From assembly GCA_049591295.1 (NCBI GenBank), contig JBAWEQ010000259.1:25812-89811 (forward strand): a stretch of 64,000 bases of DNA, read 5' to 3'. The position numbers and the translations under genes are program-made. Shown here one piece after another: positions 47,319-57,081 of this stretch; within the stretch, counting starts at the first letter, position 1, and every line of letters starts with the position of its first letter. The DNA is from Acidobacteriota bacterium (GTDB taxonomy: Bacteria; Acidobacteriota; UBA4820; DSQY01). Below the pieces are notes generated by a model that was not told the origin of the DNA, made no database searches, and saw only the letters and a program-made list of their open reading frames with translations.

Positions 47319-48257
47319 ATGAGCCAGAGCGAATCAGCGCCCGCCATCCAGACCGTCGGCCTGACCCGCGCCTTCGGGGAGCTCGTCGCGGTGAACGGGC
47401 TCACCCTCTCCGTAGCCGAGGGCGAAATCTTCGGGCTCGTGGGGCCGGACGGGGCAGGCAAGACGACCACCATGCGGATGCTCACGGGCATTCTGGATCC
47501 GACCGAGGGCGAAGTGTTCGTCACCGGTCTCGACGTCCGCCAGGAGCCCGAGGCCGTCAAGGAACGCATCGGCTACATGAGCCAGCGCTTCGGCCTCTAC
47601 CCCGACCTCACGGTGATGGAAAACATCGACTTCTACGCGGAGCTCTACGGCGTCCCGAAGAAGGGGCGCGGGGCGCAGGTGGAGCGCCTGCTCGCCTTCA
47701 GCAACCTGACACCCTTCAAGCGCCGGAGGGCAGGCAACCTCTCCGGCGGCATGAAACAGAAGCTCGGACTGGCCTGCGCCCTGGTGCACACCCCGAGGGT
47801 CCTCTTCCTGGACGAGCCAACCAACGGCGTGGACCCCGTCTCCCGCCGGGACTTCTGGCGCATCCTCTACCAGCTGCTCAAGGAGCGCGTCACGATCTTC
47901 GTCTCCACGGCCTATCTGGACGAGGCCGAGCGCTGCAACCGAATCGGCCTCATGCACAAGGGGAGCCTACTGGCGTACGACACGCCCGACGGCGTCAAGG
48001 GTCTCCTCAAGGGAAGCCTGCTCGAGATCCGCTGCGGGGAGTGCAGGCAGTCCTCCAAGGTGCTTCGCGCGGCCCGTATCGGCTCGGTGGCGGTCTTCGG
48101 AGACAAGGTGCACCTGCTGGTCCAGGACGCGGAGAGGGGCCGATCGGCCGCGGAGGCGGCCCTCCGCGCGGCCGGCGCCTCCCTCTTCGAAATCCGGGTG
48201 GCCGAGCCGTCCCTGGAGGACGTCTTCATTGCCACCGTCAGCGGAGGAGCGGCATGA
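47319..48257 (+). CDS. ABC transporter ATP-binding protein
   Basis: Walker A GPDGAGKTT, signature LSGGMKQKL, and Walker B LFLDEP. Confidence 0.85.
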   Translation: MSQSESAPAIQTVGLTRAFGELVAVNGLTLSVAEGEIFGLVGPDGAGKTTTMRMLTGILDPTEGEVFVTGLDVRQEPEAVKERIGYMSQRFGLYPDLTVMENIDFYAELYGVPKKGRGAQVERLLAFSNLTPFKRRRAGNLSGGMKQKLGLACALVHTPRVLFLDEPTNGVDPVSRRDFWRILYQLLKERVTIFVSTAYLDEAERCNRIGLMHKGSLLAYDTPDGVKGLLKGSLLEIRCGECRQSSKVLRAARIGSVAVFGDKVHLLVQDAERGRSAAEAALRAAGASLFEIRVAEPSLEDVFIATVSGGAA

Positions 48258-49237
48258 ACGGCGACCTGCCCGGAAAGCTCGCACTCGCCGTGACGCTCAA
48301 GGAACTGAGCCGAAGATTTGGCGATTTCGTGGCGGTGGACCGCGTCAGCCTGGAGGTGGCGAGAGGGGAGATCTTCGGCTTCCTGGGCCCCAACGGTGCC
48401 GGAAAGTCCACCACCATCCGCATGCTCTGCGGCCTGCTCGAACCGACCTCGGGCACCGGGACGGTGGCGGGCTTCGACATCACGACCCAGCCGGAGGCGA
48501 TCAAGCAGAATATCGGCTACATGAGCCAGAAGTTCTCCCTCTACGAAGATCTGACGGTGGAGGAGAACATCGACTTCTACAGCGGCATCTACCGCATCCC
48601 CCGCGAGAAGAAAGCCGCCCGCAAGGCCTGGGTGCTGGAGATGGCGGGCCTCGAGCCGCACCGCCGGATGCGGACGGGTCTCCTTCCCGGCGGCTGGAAG
48701 CAGCGGCTCTCCCTCGGCTGCGCGCTGCTCCATGAGCCCCCGGTGCTCTTCCTGGACGAGCCCACCTCCGGCGTGGACCCCATCAGCCGCCGGAGCTTCT
48801 GGGACCTCATCTACGAGCTGGCGGCGGGGGGGGTAACCATCTTCGTGACCACCCACTACATGGAGGAGGCCGAGTACTGCGACCGGCTGGGGCTGATCTA
48901 CCGCGGCCAGCTCATCGCGCTGGGCACGCCGGGTGCGCTCAAGGGCCGCTTCATGCAGGAACAGGTCCTCCAGGTGAGCTGCAGCGCGCCTCAGGACGCC
49001 CTGGAGTTGGTGGAGCGGGTGGCCGGAGTCAAAGAGGCGGCCATCTTCGGGAAGGATCTCCACGTCATCGCCAGCGACGCCGCGGCCATCTCCCAGCCGC
49101 TCAGGGCCGCCCTTGAATCGGCGGGCCATTCGGTCATGCGCATCGAGCGCATCGTTCCGAGCCTGGAGGACGTCTTCGTCTCCCTCATCGAACAGCGGGA
49201 CCGCGAAGAGGGCAGCCAGAAGGAGTTCGCGCGATGA
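48254..49237 (+). CDS. ABC transporter ATP-binding protein (second ATPase)
   Basis: Walker A GPNGAGKST and Walker B LFLDEP. The start codon overlaps the previous gene's stop. Confidence 0.85.
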   Translation: MNGDLPGKLALAVTLKELSRRFGDFVAVDRVSLEVARGEIFGFLGPNGAGKSTTIRMLCGLLEPTSGTGTVAGFDITTQPEAIKQNIGYMSQKFSLYEDLTVEENIDFYSGIYRIPREKKAARKAWVLEMAGLEPHRRMRTGLLPGGWKQRLSLGCALLHEPPVLFLDEPTSGVDPISRRSFWDLIYELAAGGVTIFVTTHYMEEAEYCDRLGLIYRGQLIALGTPGALKGRFMQEQVLQVSCSAPQDALELVERVAGVKEAAIFGKDLHVIASDAAAISQPLRAALESAGHSVMRIERIVPSLEDVFVSLIEQRDREEGSQKEFAR

Positions 49238-50367
49238 ACCTCCGCCGAACCCTGGCCGTGGCCCGGAAGGAGACCCTGCACGTCCTCAGGGATCCACGAG
49301 CGCTGGGCATTGCCATCGCCCTGCCGCTCTTCCTCCTCCTGCTCTTCGGCTACGCCCTCACCCTGGACGTGGACCACGTGCCGCTCGTGGTGTGGGACCA
49401 GAGCAACACGCCGCAGAGCCGGGAACTCGTCAGCCGCTTCTCGGGCTCCCGCTATTTCGACGTCAAGGCCCACGTGGAGGGATACGGCGCCATCGAGGAC
49501 GCCATCCTCAATGGGCGCACCCTGATGGCCCTCGTCATACCGCCCGACTACGCTCGCTGGCTGGATTCGGGGCGGTCGGCGGAGGTCCAGCTCATCACCG
49601 ACGGCAGCGATGCCAACACGGCCGCGATCGCCATGGGCTACGCGGAGACGGTGGTCCAGGGTTACTCGCAGCAGCTCCGGGTGGCCCTCGCGCGCCGGAC
49701 CCTGGGGCGGGCCCTCAAACCGCCTCTGGATGTGCGTGCGCGGGTCTGGTTCAACACCGAGATGGAGTCGAAGAACTTCATCGTGCCCGGCCTCATCGCC
49801 GTGATCATGATGCTCATCGCGGCACTCCTGACCTCCCTCACGGTGTCCCGCGAGTGGGAGACCGGGACCATGGAGCAGCTCATCTCCACGCCCCTCAGGG
49901 GATCGGAACTGGTGATCGGCAAGCTGGTCCCCTACTTCGGGGTGGGGATGCTCGACATGGTCCTGTCGGTGATGGCGGGCAGGTTCCTCTTCAGCGTTCC
50001 ACTGCGGGGCAGCGTGCTCCTGGTCTTCGCCATGGCGGCCATCTACCTGCTCGGCTCTCTCTCCATGGGCATGCTCATCAGCATCGTGGCCAAGAACCAG
50101 CTTCTCGCCAACCAGATGGCCTTCATGACCACCTTCCTGCCCGCCTTCCTCCTCTCGGGATTCATGTTCGACATCTCCAACATGCCCAAGGTGCTCCAGC
50201 TCGTGACCTACCTCGTGCCGGCGCGCTACTGCATCTTCCTGCTCAGAAGTCTGTACCTCAAGGGCGTGGGGCCCTCCATGCTCTGGAGCGAGGGTGTTTT
50301 CCTGCTCGCCTTCGCGGCTCTGATGCTGGGCCTCTCGCTGATCATATTCAAGAAGAAGCTGGAGTGA
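49234..50367 (+). CDS. ABC-2 family transporter permease (YbhS-like)
   Basis: N-terminal cytoplasmic segment, a large periplasmic loop, then six TM helices. The start overlaps the ATPase gene's stop. Confidence 0.8.
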   Translation: MNLRRTLAVARKETLHVLRDPRALGIAIALPLFLLLLFGYALTLDVDHVPLVVWDQSNTPQSRELVSRFSGSRYFDVKAHVEGYGAIEDAILNGRTLMALVIPPDYARWLDSGRSAEVQLITDGSDANTAAIAMGYAETVVQGYSQQLRVALARRTLGRALKPPLDVRARVWFNTEMESKNFIVPGLIAVIMMLIAALLTSLTVSREWETGTMEQLISTPLRGSELVIGKLVPYFGVGMLDMVLSVMAGRFLFSVPLRGSVLLVFAMAAIYLLGSLSMGMLISIVAKNQLLANQMAFMTTFLPAFLLSGFMFDISNMPKVLQLVTYLVPARYCIFLLRSLYLKGVGPSMLWSEGVFLLAFAALMLGLSLIIFKKKLE

Positions 50368-50374
50368 GGCGGCC

Positions 50375-51505
50375 ATGCTCGAGCGTTTGAGGCACATGCT
50401 CAGGAAGGAGTTCATCCAGGTCCTCAGGGACCCGCGGATGCGCGCGGTGATCATCGTGGTGCCCATCTTCCAGGTCCTCATCTTCGGCTACGCCGTGACC
50501 ACGGACGTGCGCGACATACGCACGGCCGTCTACGACCTGGACAACACGCCGCAGAGCCGCGACCTTCTCGATCGCTTCGTCGCCTCGGGGTACTTCGACG
50601 TGGTGGCCCGCCTTCACGATGAGGCCCAGGTGCGGGACGTCCTGGACCGCGGAACCGCCAAGGCCGTCCTGCGTGTGGACCGGGGCTTCGGAGGGGCCAT
50701 CGCAGCCGGGCGGCAGGCCTCCCTCCAGATCCTCCTCGACGGCACCGACTCGAACACCGCGAGCCTCGTCCTCAAATATGCCGGTCAGATCACCGCCGGC
50801 TATAACGAGAGGGCCCTCACCAAGGAGGTCCTCCGCATGACGGGCCAGCCGCCGCCGCCCCCTCCCGTGGTCCTGTCCGAACGGGCTTGGTTCAATCCCA
50901 ATCTCGAGAGCCGCGACTACTTCGTGCCGGGCGTCATCGCGCTGCTCGTGATGGTCATCTCCATCCTCCTCTCCAGCATGGCCATCGTGCGCGAGAAGGA
51001 GATCGGGACCATCGAGCAGATCATGGTCACGCCCATCGGCCGGCTCGAATTCATCCTCGGCAAGACCATCCCCTTCGCCCTCATCGGCTTTCTGGACGTC
51101 ATCCTCATCAGCCTCGTGGCGGTCTTCTGGTTCGACGTGCCCATCGAGGGTGATCCTCTCCTGCTCTTCTTCTCCACCGGCCTGTACCTCATGAGCACCC
51201 TCGGGGTGGGCCTGTTCATCTCGACGGTGAGCCGCACGCAGCAGCAGGCCATGATGACGGCCTTCTTCTTCATGCAGCCGGCCATCCTGCTGTCGGGGTT
51301 CATCTACCCCATCGCCAACATGCCGGTGGTCGTGCAGTGGTTCACTTACCTGAATCCCCTCCGCTATTTCCTGGTGATCATCCGCGGCGTGTTCCTCAAG
51401 GGGGTCGGGCTTTCCGTGCTCTGGCCCCAGATGGCCGCCCTGGCGGTCCTCGGAACGGTCCTGCTTCTTCTGGCGTCGACCCGGTTCCGGAAGACCCTGG
51501 CCTAA
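50375..51505 (+). CDS. ABC-2 family transporter permease (YbhR-like)
   Basis: Paralog of the previous gene with the same topology. Confidence 0.8.
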   Translation: MLERLRHMLRKEFIQVLRDPRMRAVIIVVPIFQVLIFGYAVTTDVRDIRTAVYDLDNTPQSRDLLDRFVASGYFDVVARLHDEAQVRDVLDRGTAKAVLRVDRGFGGAIAAGRQASLQILLDGTDSNTASLVLKYAGQITAGYNERALTKEVLRMTGQPPPPPPVVLSERAWFNPNLESRDYFVPGVIALLVMVISILLSSMAIVREKEIGTIEQIMVTPIGRLEFILGKTIPFALIGFLDVILISLVAVFWFDVPIEGDPLLLFFSTGLYLMSTLGVGLFISTVSRTQQQAMMTAFFFMQPAILLSGFIYPIANMPVVVQWFTYLNPLRYFLVIIRGVFLKGVGLSVLWPQMAALAVLGTVLLLLASTRFRKTLA

Positions 51506-51517
51506 GGAGAGAGTTCC

Positions 51518-52882
51518 ATGCCCAAGCCCCTCGCCATCCCCATGCTGACCGCCGCCATGGTGGCCCTGGCCACCGCCGTCTTGGCCGCGACTCCCTCCGC
51601 CGGCGCCGCGCCGAACCCCTCGCCCGCCCTCTCTCTGGACTCGTGCATCCGCACGGCCCTGTCCAACAATCCGTCCCTCAAGGCCTCTCGGGCCGGCCTG
51701 ACGGCCGCCCTGGAGTCGGAGGGCAGGACGCGGTCCGCTTACTACCCCCAGCTCAGCCTCCAGGCCGGCTACAGCCGGTGGGAGAGCCACGCCTTCCTGC
51801 CCAACTCGATCCAGAACCTGCCGTTCGGTACCATCTCCCCGGTCATCGGCCCCACGAACCAATACAGCCTGGGCCTCCAGGGCAGCTACACCCTGTTCGA
51901 CAGCGGGCTGAGAAAGGCGGATGTGGCCGGCGCCAAGGCCACGCGCGAGGCCACTTCGGAGGTCAGCGCGCAGGACACGCAGGACCTCGTGCTCAACGTC
52001 ACCTCGTCCTACTACGGCCTGCTGGCGGCCGAGGCCAACCTCTCGGTGGAGAAGCAGAGCCTGAAGCGGAGCGAGGACCACCTCCGGCTGGCCCAGGACA
52101 GGAAGGCGGTGGGCGCTGTCCCTCTGGCGGACGTCCTCAGGGCCCGGGTGGAGGTGGCCAACGCTCGTCTCGCACAGGTGCATGCCGCCAGCGGCGTGGA
52201 GGTGGCCCGCGGAGCCCTCGCCGCCTCCATGGGACTCTCGCCCGATACGCCCCTGGCCATCCAGGACGCCGGGGAGGAAGTTCAACCTCCCACCCGCCTC
52301 GACGCTGGCCAGGCCCTCGATGAGGCCCAGGCCAATCGCCCCGAGGTCAAGGCCGCCGAACGGCGGGTGGAGGCGGGGCAGGCCAGCGTGAGGGCCGCCC
52401 GGAGTGCCTATGGGCCTACCGTCGAGCTCGACGCCTCCTACGGGCGCCTCGACAGCACCTATTTTCCCCAGGACAAGAACTGGTCCGCCGGGATCGTGCT
52501 CCGGCTTCCCGTCTTCACCGGTTTTGCCCGGAGCCACGCGCTCGCGCAGGCCCGGGCCGAGCTGGGCCGCTCCGAAGACCAGCGCGACCAGGCCGCCCTG
52601 GCCGTCCGCCAGGAGGTCTGGAACGCCCAGGCGAGGTTGCGGGAGGCTTACAACGCGGTCCTGGCCGTTAGGGCGCTCACCGCCGACGCGCAGGAGAGCC
52701 TGCGCATGGCCGACGAGCGGTACAAGGTGGGAGCCGGCACCATCACCGACCTGCTCGACGCCGAGACCAACCTGGCGCAGGCCCAGGCCCAGCAGGTGGA
52801 CGCCGATTTTCAGTACCATATCGCCGGGGCGAATCTCAAGCGGGCCCTCGGCGAGCTGGGGGCCCCGGAGGAGGGCCGGTAG
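51518..52882 (+). CDS. TolC-like outer-membrane efflux protein
   Basis: Signal peptide and duplicated OEP repeats. Confidence 0.8.
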   Translation: MPKPLAIPMLTAAMVALATAVLAATPSAGAAPNPSPALSLDSCIRTALSNNPSLKASRAGLTAALESEGRTRSAYYPQLSLQAGYSRWESHAFLPNSIQNLPFGTISPVIGPTNQYSLGLQGSYTLFDSGLRKADVAGAKATREATSEVSAQDTQDLVLNVTSSYYGLLAAEANLSVEKQSLKRSEDHLRLAQDRKAVGAVPLADVLRARVEVANARLAQVHAASGVEVARGALAASMGLSPDTPLAIQDAGEEVQPPTRLDAGQALDEAQANRPEVKAAERRVEAGQASVRAARSAYGPTVELDASYGRLDSTYFPQDKNWSAGIVLRLPVFTGFARSHALAQARAELGRSEDQRDQAALAVRQEVWNAQARLREAYNAVLAVRALTADAQESLRMADERYKVGAGTITDLLDAETNLAQAQAQQVDADFQYHIAGANLKRALGELGAPEEGR

Positions 52883-52929
52883 TGCAACGGGCCCGCACGC
52901 GCTACCATAGCGCGTGAGGAGGAGCAGTC

Positions 52930-53868
52930 GTGTCGCTCAACGGCCACTACTGGACCATCGCCCCGCGCCTGCGCCACGCCCTTCGTCCCTCGCCGGCCCC
53001 GCCGGCCAAACCTTGGAAAACCAGGGTTCCCGATTCCGATTTCGGCTCCGTCGAAATCACGGGCCTCTTGCGGGAGAAGCCCGAAGCGGACTCGGTGCTC
53101 ATCGTCATCCACGGGCTGGGCGGCTCCAGCGAGAGCAACTACGCGCTCCGGGCCGCCAGAGCCGCCGATGCGGCGGGGCTTTCGTGCCTGAGGATGAACC
53201 TCCGCGGCGCGGACGGAAGCGGGGAGGACCTCTACCACGCCGGCCTCACCGACGATCTGCGGGCGGCCATTTTAAGCCCGGAGATCCGAAAGTACCGGCG
53301 GGTCCTCGTCCTGGGCTATTCGCTCGGGGGCCACGTGGCCCTGCGCTATGCCGCCGAATACCCTGGTGACGGCGTCGCCGCCGTGGCGGCCGTCTCCTCG
53401 CCGCTCAACCTGGAGGTCTGCCAGGCCAACCTCGATTCCCCCGCGTTGTGGCTGTATCGAACCTACCTGCTCTCCGCCCTGAAGATCACCTACCGCGCCG
53501 TGGCGGCCAGGCGGCCACTCCCCAATCCCCCCGAGGCCATTCAGGCCATTTCCCGGCTTCGGGAGTTCGACGAGCTGGCCGTCGCCCCGCGGCACCACTT
53601 CGCCGGAGCGGACGATTACTACGCCAGGGCCAGCGTCTGGCCCCTGCTGCCCAGGCTGGAGGTGCCCGCCCTTCTCGTCGCGTCGAGAAACGACCCGATG
53701 GTCCCGCTGGAGGCGGTGGAACCCTGGGTGGGCCTGGCATCGCCAGCCCTCTCGGTGCGATGGGAAGACGGTGGAGGCCACGTGGGCTTTCCGCCCGACC
53801 TCGACCTCGGCGAGCCCTCGCCCAGGGGCCTCGAACCCCAGGTCCTGCACTGGCTGGCGACCCGCTGA
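52930..53868 (+). CDS. Alpha/beta hydrolase (YheT/abhydrolase-1-like)
   Basis: GYSLGG nucleophile elbow and an HGLGGS oxyanion region. Confidence 0.7.
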   Translation: MSLNGHYWTIAPRLRHALRPSPAPPAKPWKTRVPDSDFGSVEITGLLREKPEADSVLIVIHGLGGSSESNYALRAARAADAAGLSCLRMNLRGADGSGEDLYHAGLTDDLRAAILSPEIRKYRRVLVLGYSLGGHVALRYAAEYPGDGVAAVAAVSSPLNLEVCQANLDSPALWLYRTYLLSALKITYRAVAARRPLPNPPEAIQAISRLREFDELAVAPRHHFAGADDYYARASVWPLLPRLEVPALLVASRNDPMVPLEAVEPWVGLASPALSVRWEDGGGHVGFPPDLDLGEPSPRGLEPQVLHWLATR

Positions 53869-54358
53869 CTCCCCATGCGATTGGATCCCTCTCTCGATCT
53901 GCCCGTGGCTGTTATGGCAAATCCACAAAGAGCTCATGCAGCGCATCAGGTTTTCTGTGAATAGCGAGGATGCGGCGGCGCTGCCTCGTTCGGCAGAGAA
54001 CTCATCCAGAAGGACTTCTCAGGAAGCTGTTCCTTCCCAACCGCCTGAAGAGGCCTGTGGAATTCCCTGTGGAAAGTGGGGTTCAGCCCGGTTCCTAGAG
54101 GCCCCTCCGCTGACCGGTGCCCGCCCATCCAGGCCGGAATTATGCCATTATTTATCAACTCGTTGCGGCCACTGGCCTTGGAAGGACGGCGCGACCAGTC
54201 CTCTGCCGGCGCGGCGCTTCATCCATCTTCGGGCTGTGCAAAAGCCGTGGATCATCAGCCGGGCGGTGGTTTCGTAACGAGGAGGAGCCGGATCTCTCTT
54301 CCGTTTGAGGCCCCATTCGCCTTGACACGAGAGAAGCCGACCGGCCAGACTGCCTTGC

Positions 54359-55537
54359 ATGGAAAGAACCCTGAATCCCGCCGTAGCGCACATGGACGAA
54401 TCCCTGATCCGGGAGATGACGCGCGTGGCCGAGGAGTGCGGCGCGGTCAATCTGGCTCAGGGATTCCCCGACTACCCCACTCCCTTAGCCGTCCTCGATG
54501 CCGCCAGCACGGCTCTCCGGGAGGGCAGGAACGGCTACACCCGGACATGGGGCGACCCTGCCCTCCGTTCGGCCTTGGCCCGCCATCTCCGGGAATTCTG
54601 GGGACTCGCCTACGATGCCGAGGAGGAGTGCGTCATCACCTGCGGCGCCTCCGAGGCGATCATGGCGACGCTCCTCTCCCTTCTGGCCCCCGGAGAGACC
54701 ATCGTCGTTCCCGAGCCCATCTACGAGAATTATCTCCCCGCCTCCCGCCTGGCGCGGGCCGAAGTCAGGCTCCTCGAATTGGACCCCTTCACGGGTCGCT
54801 GGGACCCGACCGCCCTGGACGAGGCGCTCACCGGGGCCAAGGTGCTGGTGCTCAACACCCCAGCCAACCCAACGGGCAAGGTCTGGCGCCTCGAAGAACT
54901 GGAAACCCTGGCCGAGCTGCTCCGCCGCCACCACTGCCTTCTCGTGACCGATGAGACTTACGCCTTCATCACCCGGCCCGGCCTGCGCCACGTGCCGCCC
55001 GCCACGGTGGGCGACCTGAGGGGAAGGACCGTGACCATCGGCTCCTTCTCCAAGACCTACGCCGTGACGGGCTGGCGGGTGGGTTTCGCCTGCGCGCCGA
55101 GGCCGCTCATGGAGGGCATCCGCAGGGCCCACGACTTCTTCACCATCTGCGCGCCGGCCCCCTTTCAGGCGGCTTTGGTGGAGGCGCTGAAGCTTCCCGA
55201 GAGCTACTACACCGTTATGGCCGCCTCCTACCGGCGCCGGTGCGACCTGCTGCGCGCCGGTCTGGCCGAGACCGGCTTTATCCCCAGCGATCCCGACGGC
55301 AGCTACTTCCTCTTGGTCGACGTAAGCTCTCTGGGCATCGAGGATGACCGCTCCTGGGCCTCGGCCTTCGCGAGGGACCGGGGTGTGGCCGGCGTCGCGG
55401 GCTCCGCCTTCCTACTGAGGGGCATGCCGCGGGAGGACGGGCGCGCGCCGGACCGGCGCGGCACCTTCCTTCGGCTGAGTTTCGGCTCCTCCGAGGCGCG
55501 CATCGCCGAGGCCATCCGCAGGTTGAGGGGAGCCTGA
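54359..55537 (+). CDS. Pyridoxal-phosphate-dependent aminotransferase (class I/II)
   Basis: The SFSKTYAVTGWRVG motif contains the PLP-binding Lys, and the protein shows a fold-type I pattern. Confidence 0.8.
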   Translation: MERTLNPAVAHMDESLIREMTRVAEECGAVNLAQGFPDYPTPLAVLDAASTALREGRNGYTRTWGDPALRSALARHLREFWGLAYDAEEECVITCGASEAIMATLLSLLAPGETIVVPEPIYENYLPASRLARAEVRLLELDPFTGRWDPTALDEALTGAKVLVLNTPANPTGKVWRLEELETLAELLRRHHCLLVTDETYAFITRPGLRHVPPATVGDLRGRTVTIGSFSKTYAVTGWRVGFACAPRPLMEGIRRAHDFFTICAPAPFQAALVEALKLPESYYTVMAASYRRRCDLLRAGLAETGFIPSDPDGSYFLLVDVSSLGIEDDRSWASAFARDRGVAGVAGSAFLLRGMPREDGRAPDRRGTFLRLSFGSSEARIAEAIRRLRGA

Positions 55538-55604
55538 CCATCGTCAGCCCCCCGCGGGACATTTCCCGATGGGGCGGCTCCGCTCCGATTCCGGCGGGAG
55601 GGAG

Positions 55605-56288
55605 TCAGGAAATGGGCTGGCCGGACCGGCGGGCCTCGTTCACCGCCTCGTGGGCCTTTCGGATGGGCTCGGGGAGGCGGTAGCGGGGGGAGCAGGCGAG
55701 CACGAGCGAGACGGCGGTGGGCAGATCCGAGAGGTGGCCGGGTGAGACGTAGACCGGGCGCACCCGCTGGCGGGTCCTCAGGGCCGCGCCGACGGCGGTG
55801 CCGTCCAGCAGGATCGGCGACCACCCGCCCCTTTGCGGCGGCGGTTCGTCGTGACTCCCGCAGAGCAGGCTCTTGGCACTGCCCACCGTGGGCACCCCGA
55901 GCACGACGCCCAGGTGGGCCGCCGAGCCGAACATCCTGGGGTGCGCCGTTCCGTGCGCATCGACCAGGATCGCCTCCGGCTTGAGAGTGAGGGCTTCGAA
56001 GGCACGCGCCAGGACCGGGACTTCCCGGAAGCCCAGCAGCCCAGGGATGTAGGGGAAATCCACCTCCATCCTCACGATGGCCCGCTCCACGACCTGAAAC
56101 CCTTCCTGAGCGTCGCAAACCACCATTCCCCCCCAGAAGGTGGTGCCGTACAGGTGAAAGGAGACATCCGCCCCGCCGATCCAGCGGAGGGGCGAGGGCA
56201 GAGGGGATTCCCGCCGCTCCCTCCTGAGCCTCATCTGCTCCTCGATGGCCTCCTGGTAGCGTGGGTTTCGGTAGACGGGTTGCTTCAC
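55605..56288 (-). CDS. nfi: Endonuclease V (deoxyinosine 3' endonuclease); probable GTG start at 56288
   Basis: GADVSF, YIPGLLGFRE and VDAHGTAHPR motifs match Nfi. A GGGAG RBS precedes the GTG. The ATG-only ORF extends to 56423. Confidence 0.7.
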   Translation of the reverse strand: MKQPVYRNPRYQEAIEEQMRLRRERRESPLPSPLRWIGGADVSFHLYGTTFWGGMVVCDAQEGFQVVERAIVRMEVDFPYIPGLLGFREVPVLARAFEALTLKPEAILVDAHGTAHPRMFGSAAHLGVVLGVPTVGSAKSLLCGSHDEPPPQRGGWSPILLDGTAVGAALRTRQRVRPVYVSPGHLSDLPTAVSLVLACSPRYRLPEPIRKAHEAVNEARRSGQPIS

Positions 56289-56406
56289 GGCGGCTCCCGC
56301 GTGCTCGGTTGCAAGGCGAGGGTACCCCCGCTTCACTGGCGCCGCAAGTCGATCCGTGGCATAAAGTGAAGCGAATCGAGATTGTGAAAACGAGGAGGCG
56401 ATCGCA

Positions 56407-56613
56407 ATGGTCAGCGTCAACATTCATCCTATTGAGCGCGTGGTCCGGGGAGTTGTGGGGCTCTTCTTGATCAGCCTGATCTTCTGGGGGCCCAAGAGCC
56501 TCTGGGGGCTCGTCGGCCTCATCCCCCTGCTGACGGCCCTGTTCGGCTGGTGCCCGCCCTACAGCCTTCTGGGCATCAACACCTGCAACCTCGGGAAGAG
56601 GAAGGCCGCCTAG
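56407..56613 (+). CDS. DUF2892 (YgaP-like) small inner-membrane protein
   Basis: 68 aa with two TM helices and a conserved GWCP motif. Confidence 0.55.
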   Translation: MVSVNIHPIERVVRGVVGLFLISLIFWGPKSLWGLVGLIPLLTALFGWCPPYSLLGINTCNLGKRKAA

Positions 56614-57081
56614 CGCACCTTGCTTGGCTCGTCCCCTTCTTCATCCCGGCCAGGGGCTCGCCTTCCCATGGGGAGCCCCTGTTCCTGGCTGTTCAGCTAC
56701 TTCCAGCCCCCCTCTGGCGACCTGCCTTCCGGAGCGAGGCGGCGGCAGGCGCGGCCGAGGCCCAGCCGGGGTTCGGATCCGACAAGCCCCCCGCTGTGGA
56801 CGGGCATGCCTCTATACAGAGCTGCATCAGTGAATGCGCATAAGGTGGTGGGGCTTGGGGGTATGCCACTCTGTATTCGCGGGGAAGGCCCCATCCCTTG
56901 CGAGTGCGGCCCTGCGGGCCGCGCAAGGGCTGAGCCCTCCCCGCGGGCCCTACCGGGAGAGGCGCGGCGGCGCCTCCCCAGGACCCCCACCCGCAGACAG
57001 CGCGCCGGACTTCCGCCGCGCTGATAACCCTTGAATTTTCAGCTCATCGGGATGTATGCTTGGAGGCAAAGGAGAGTGAAC

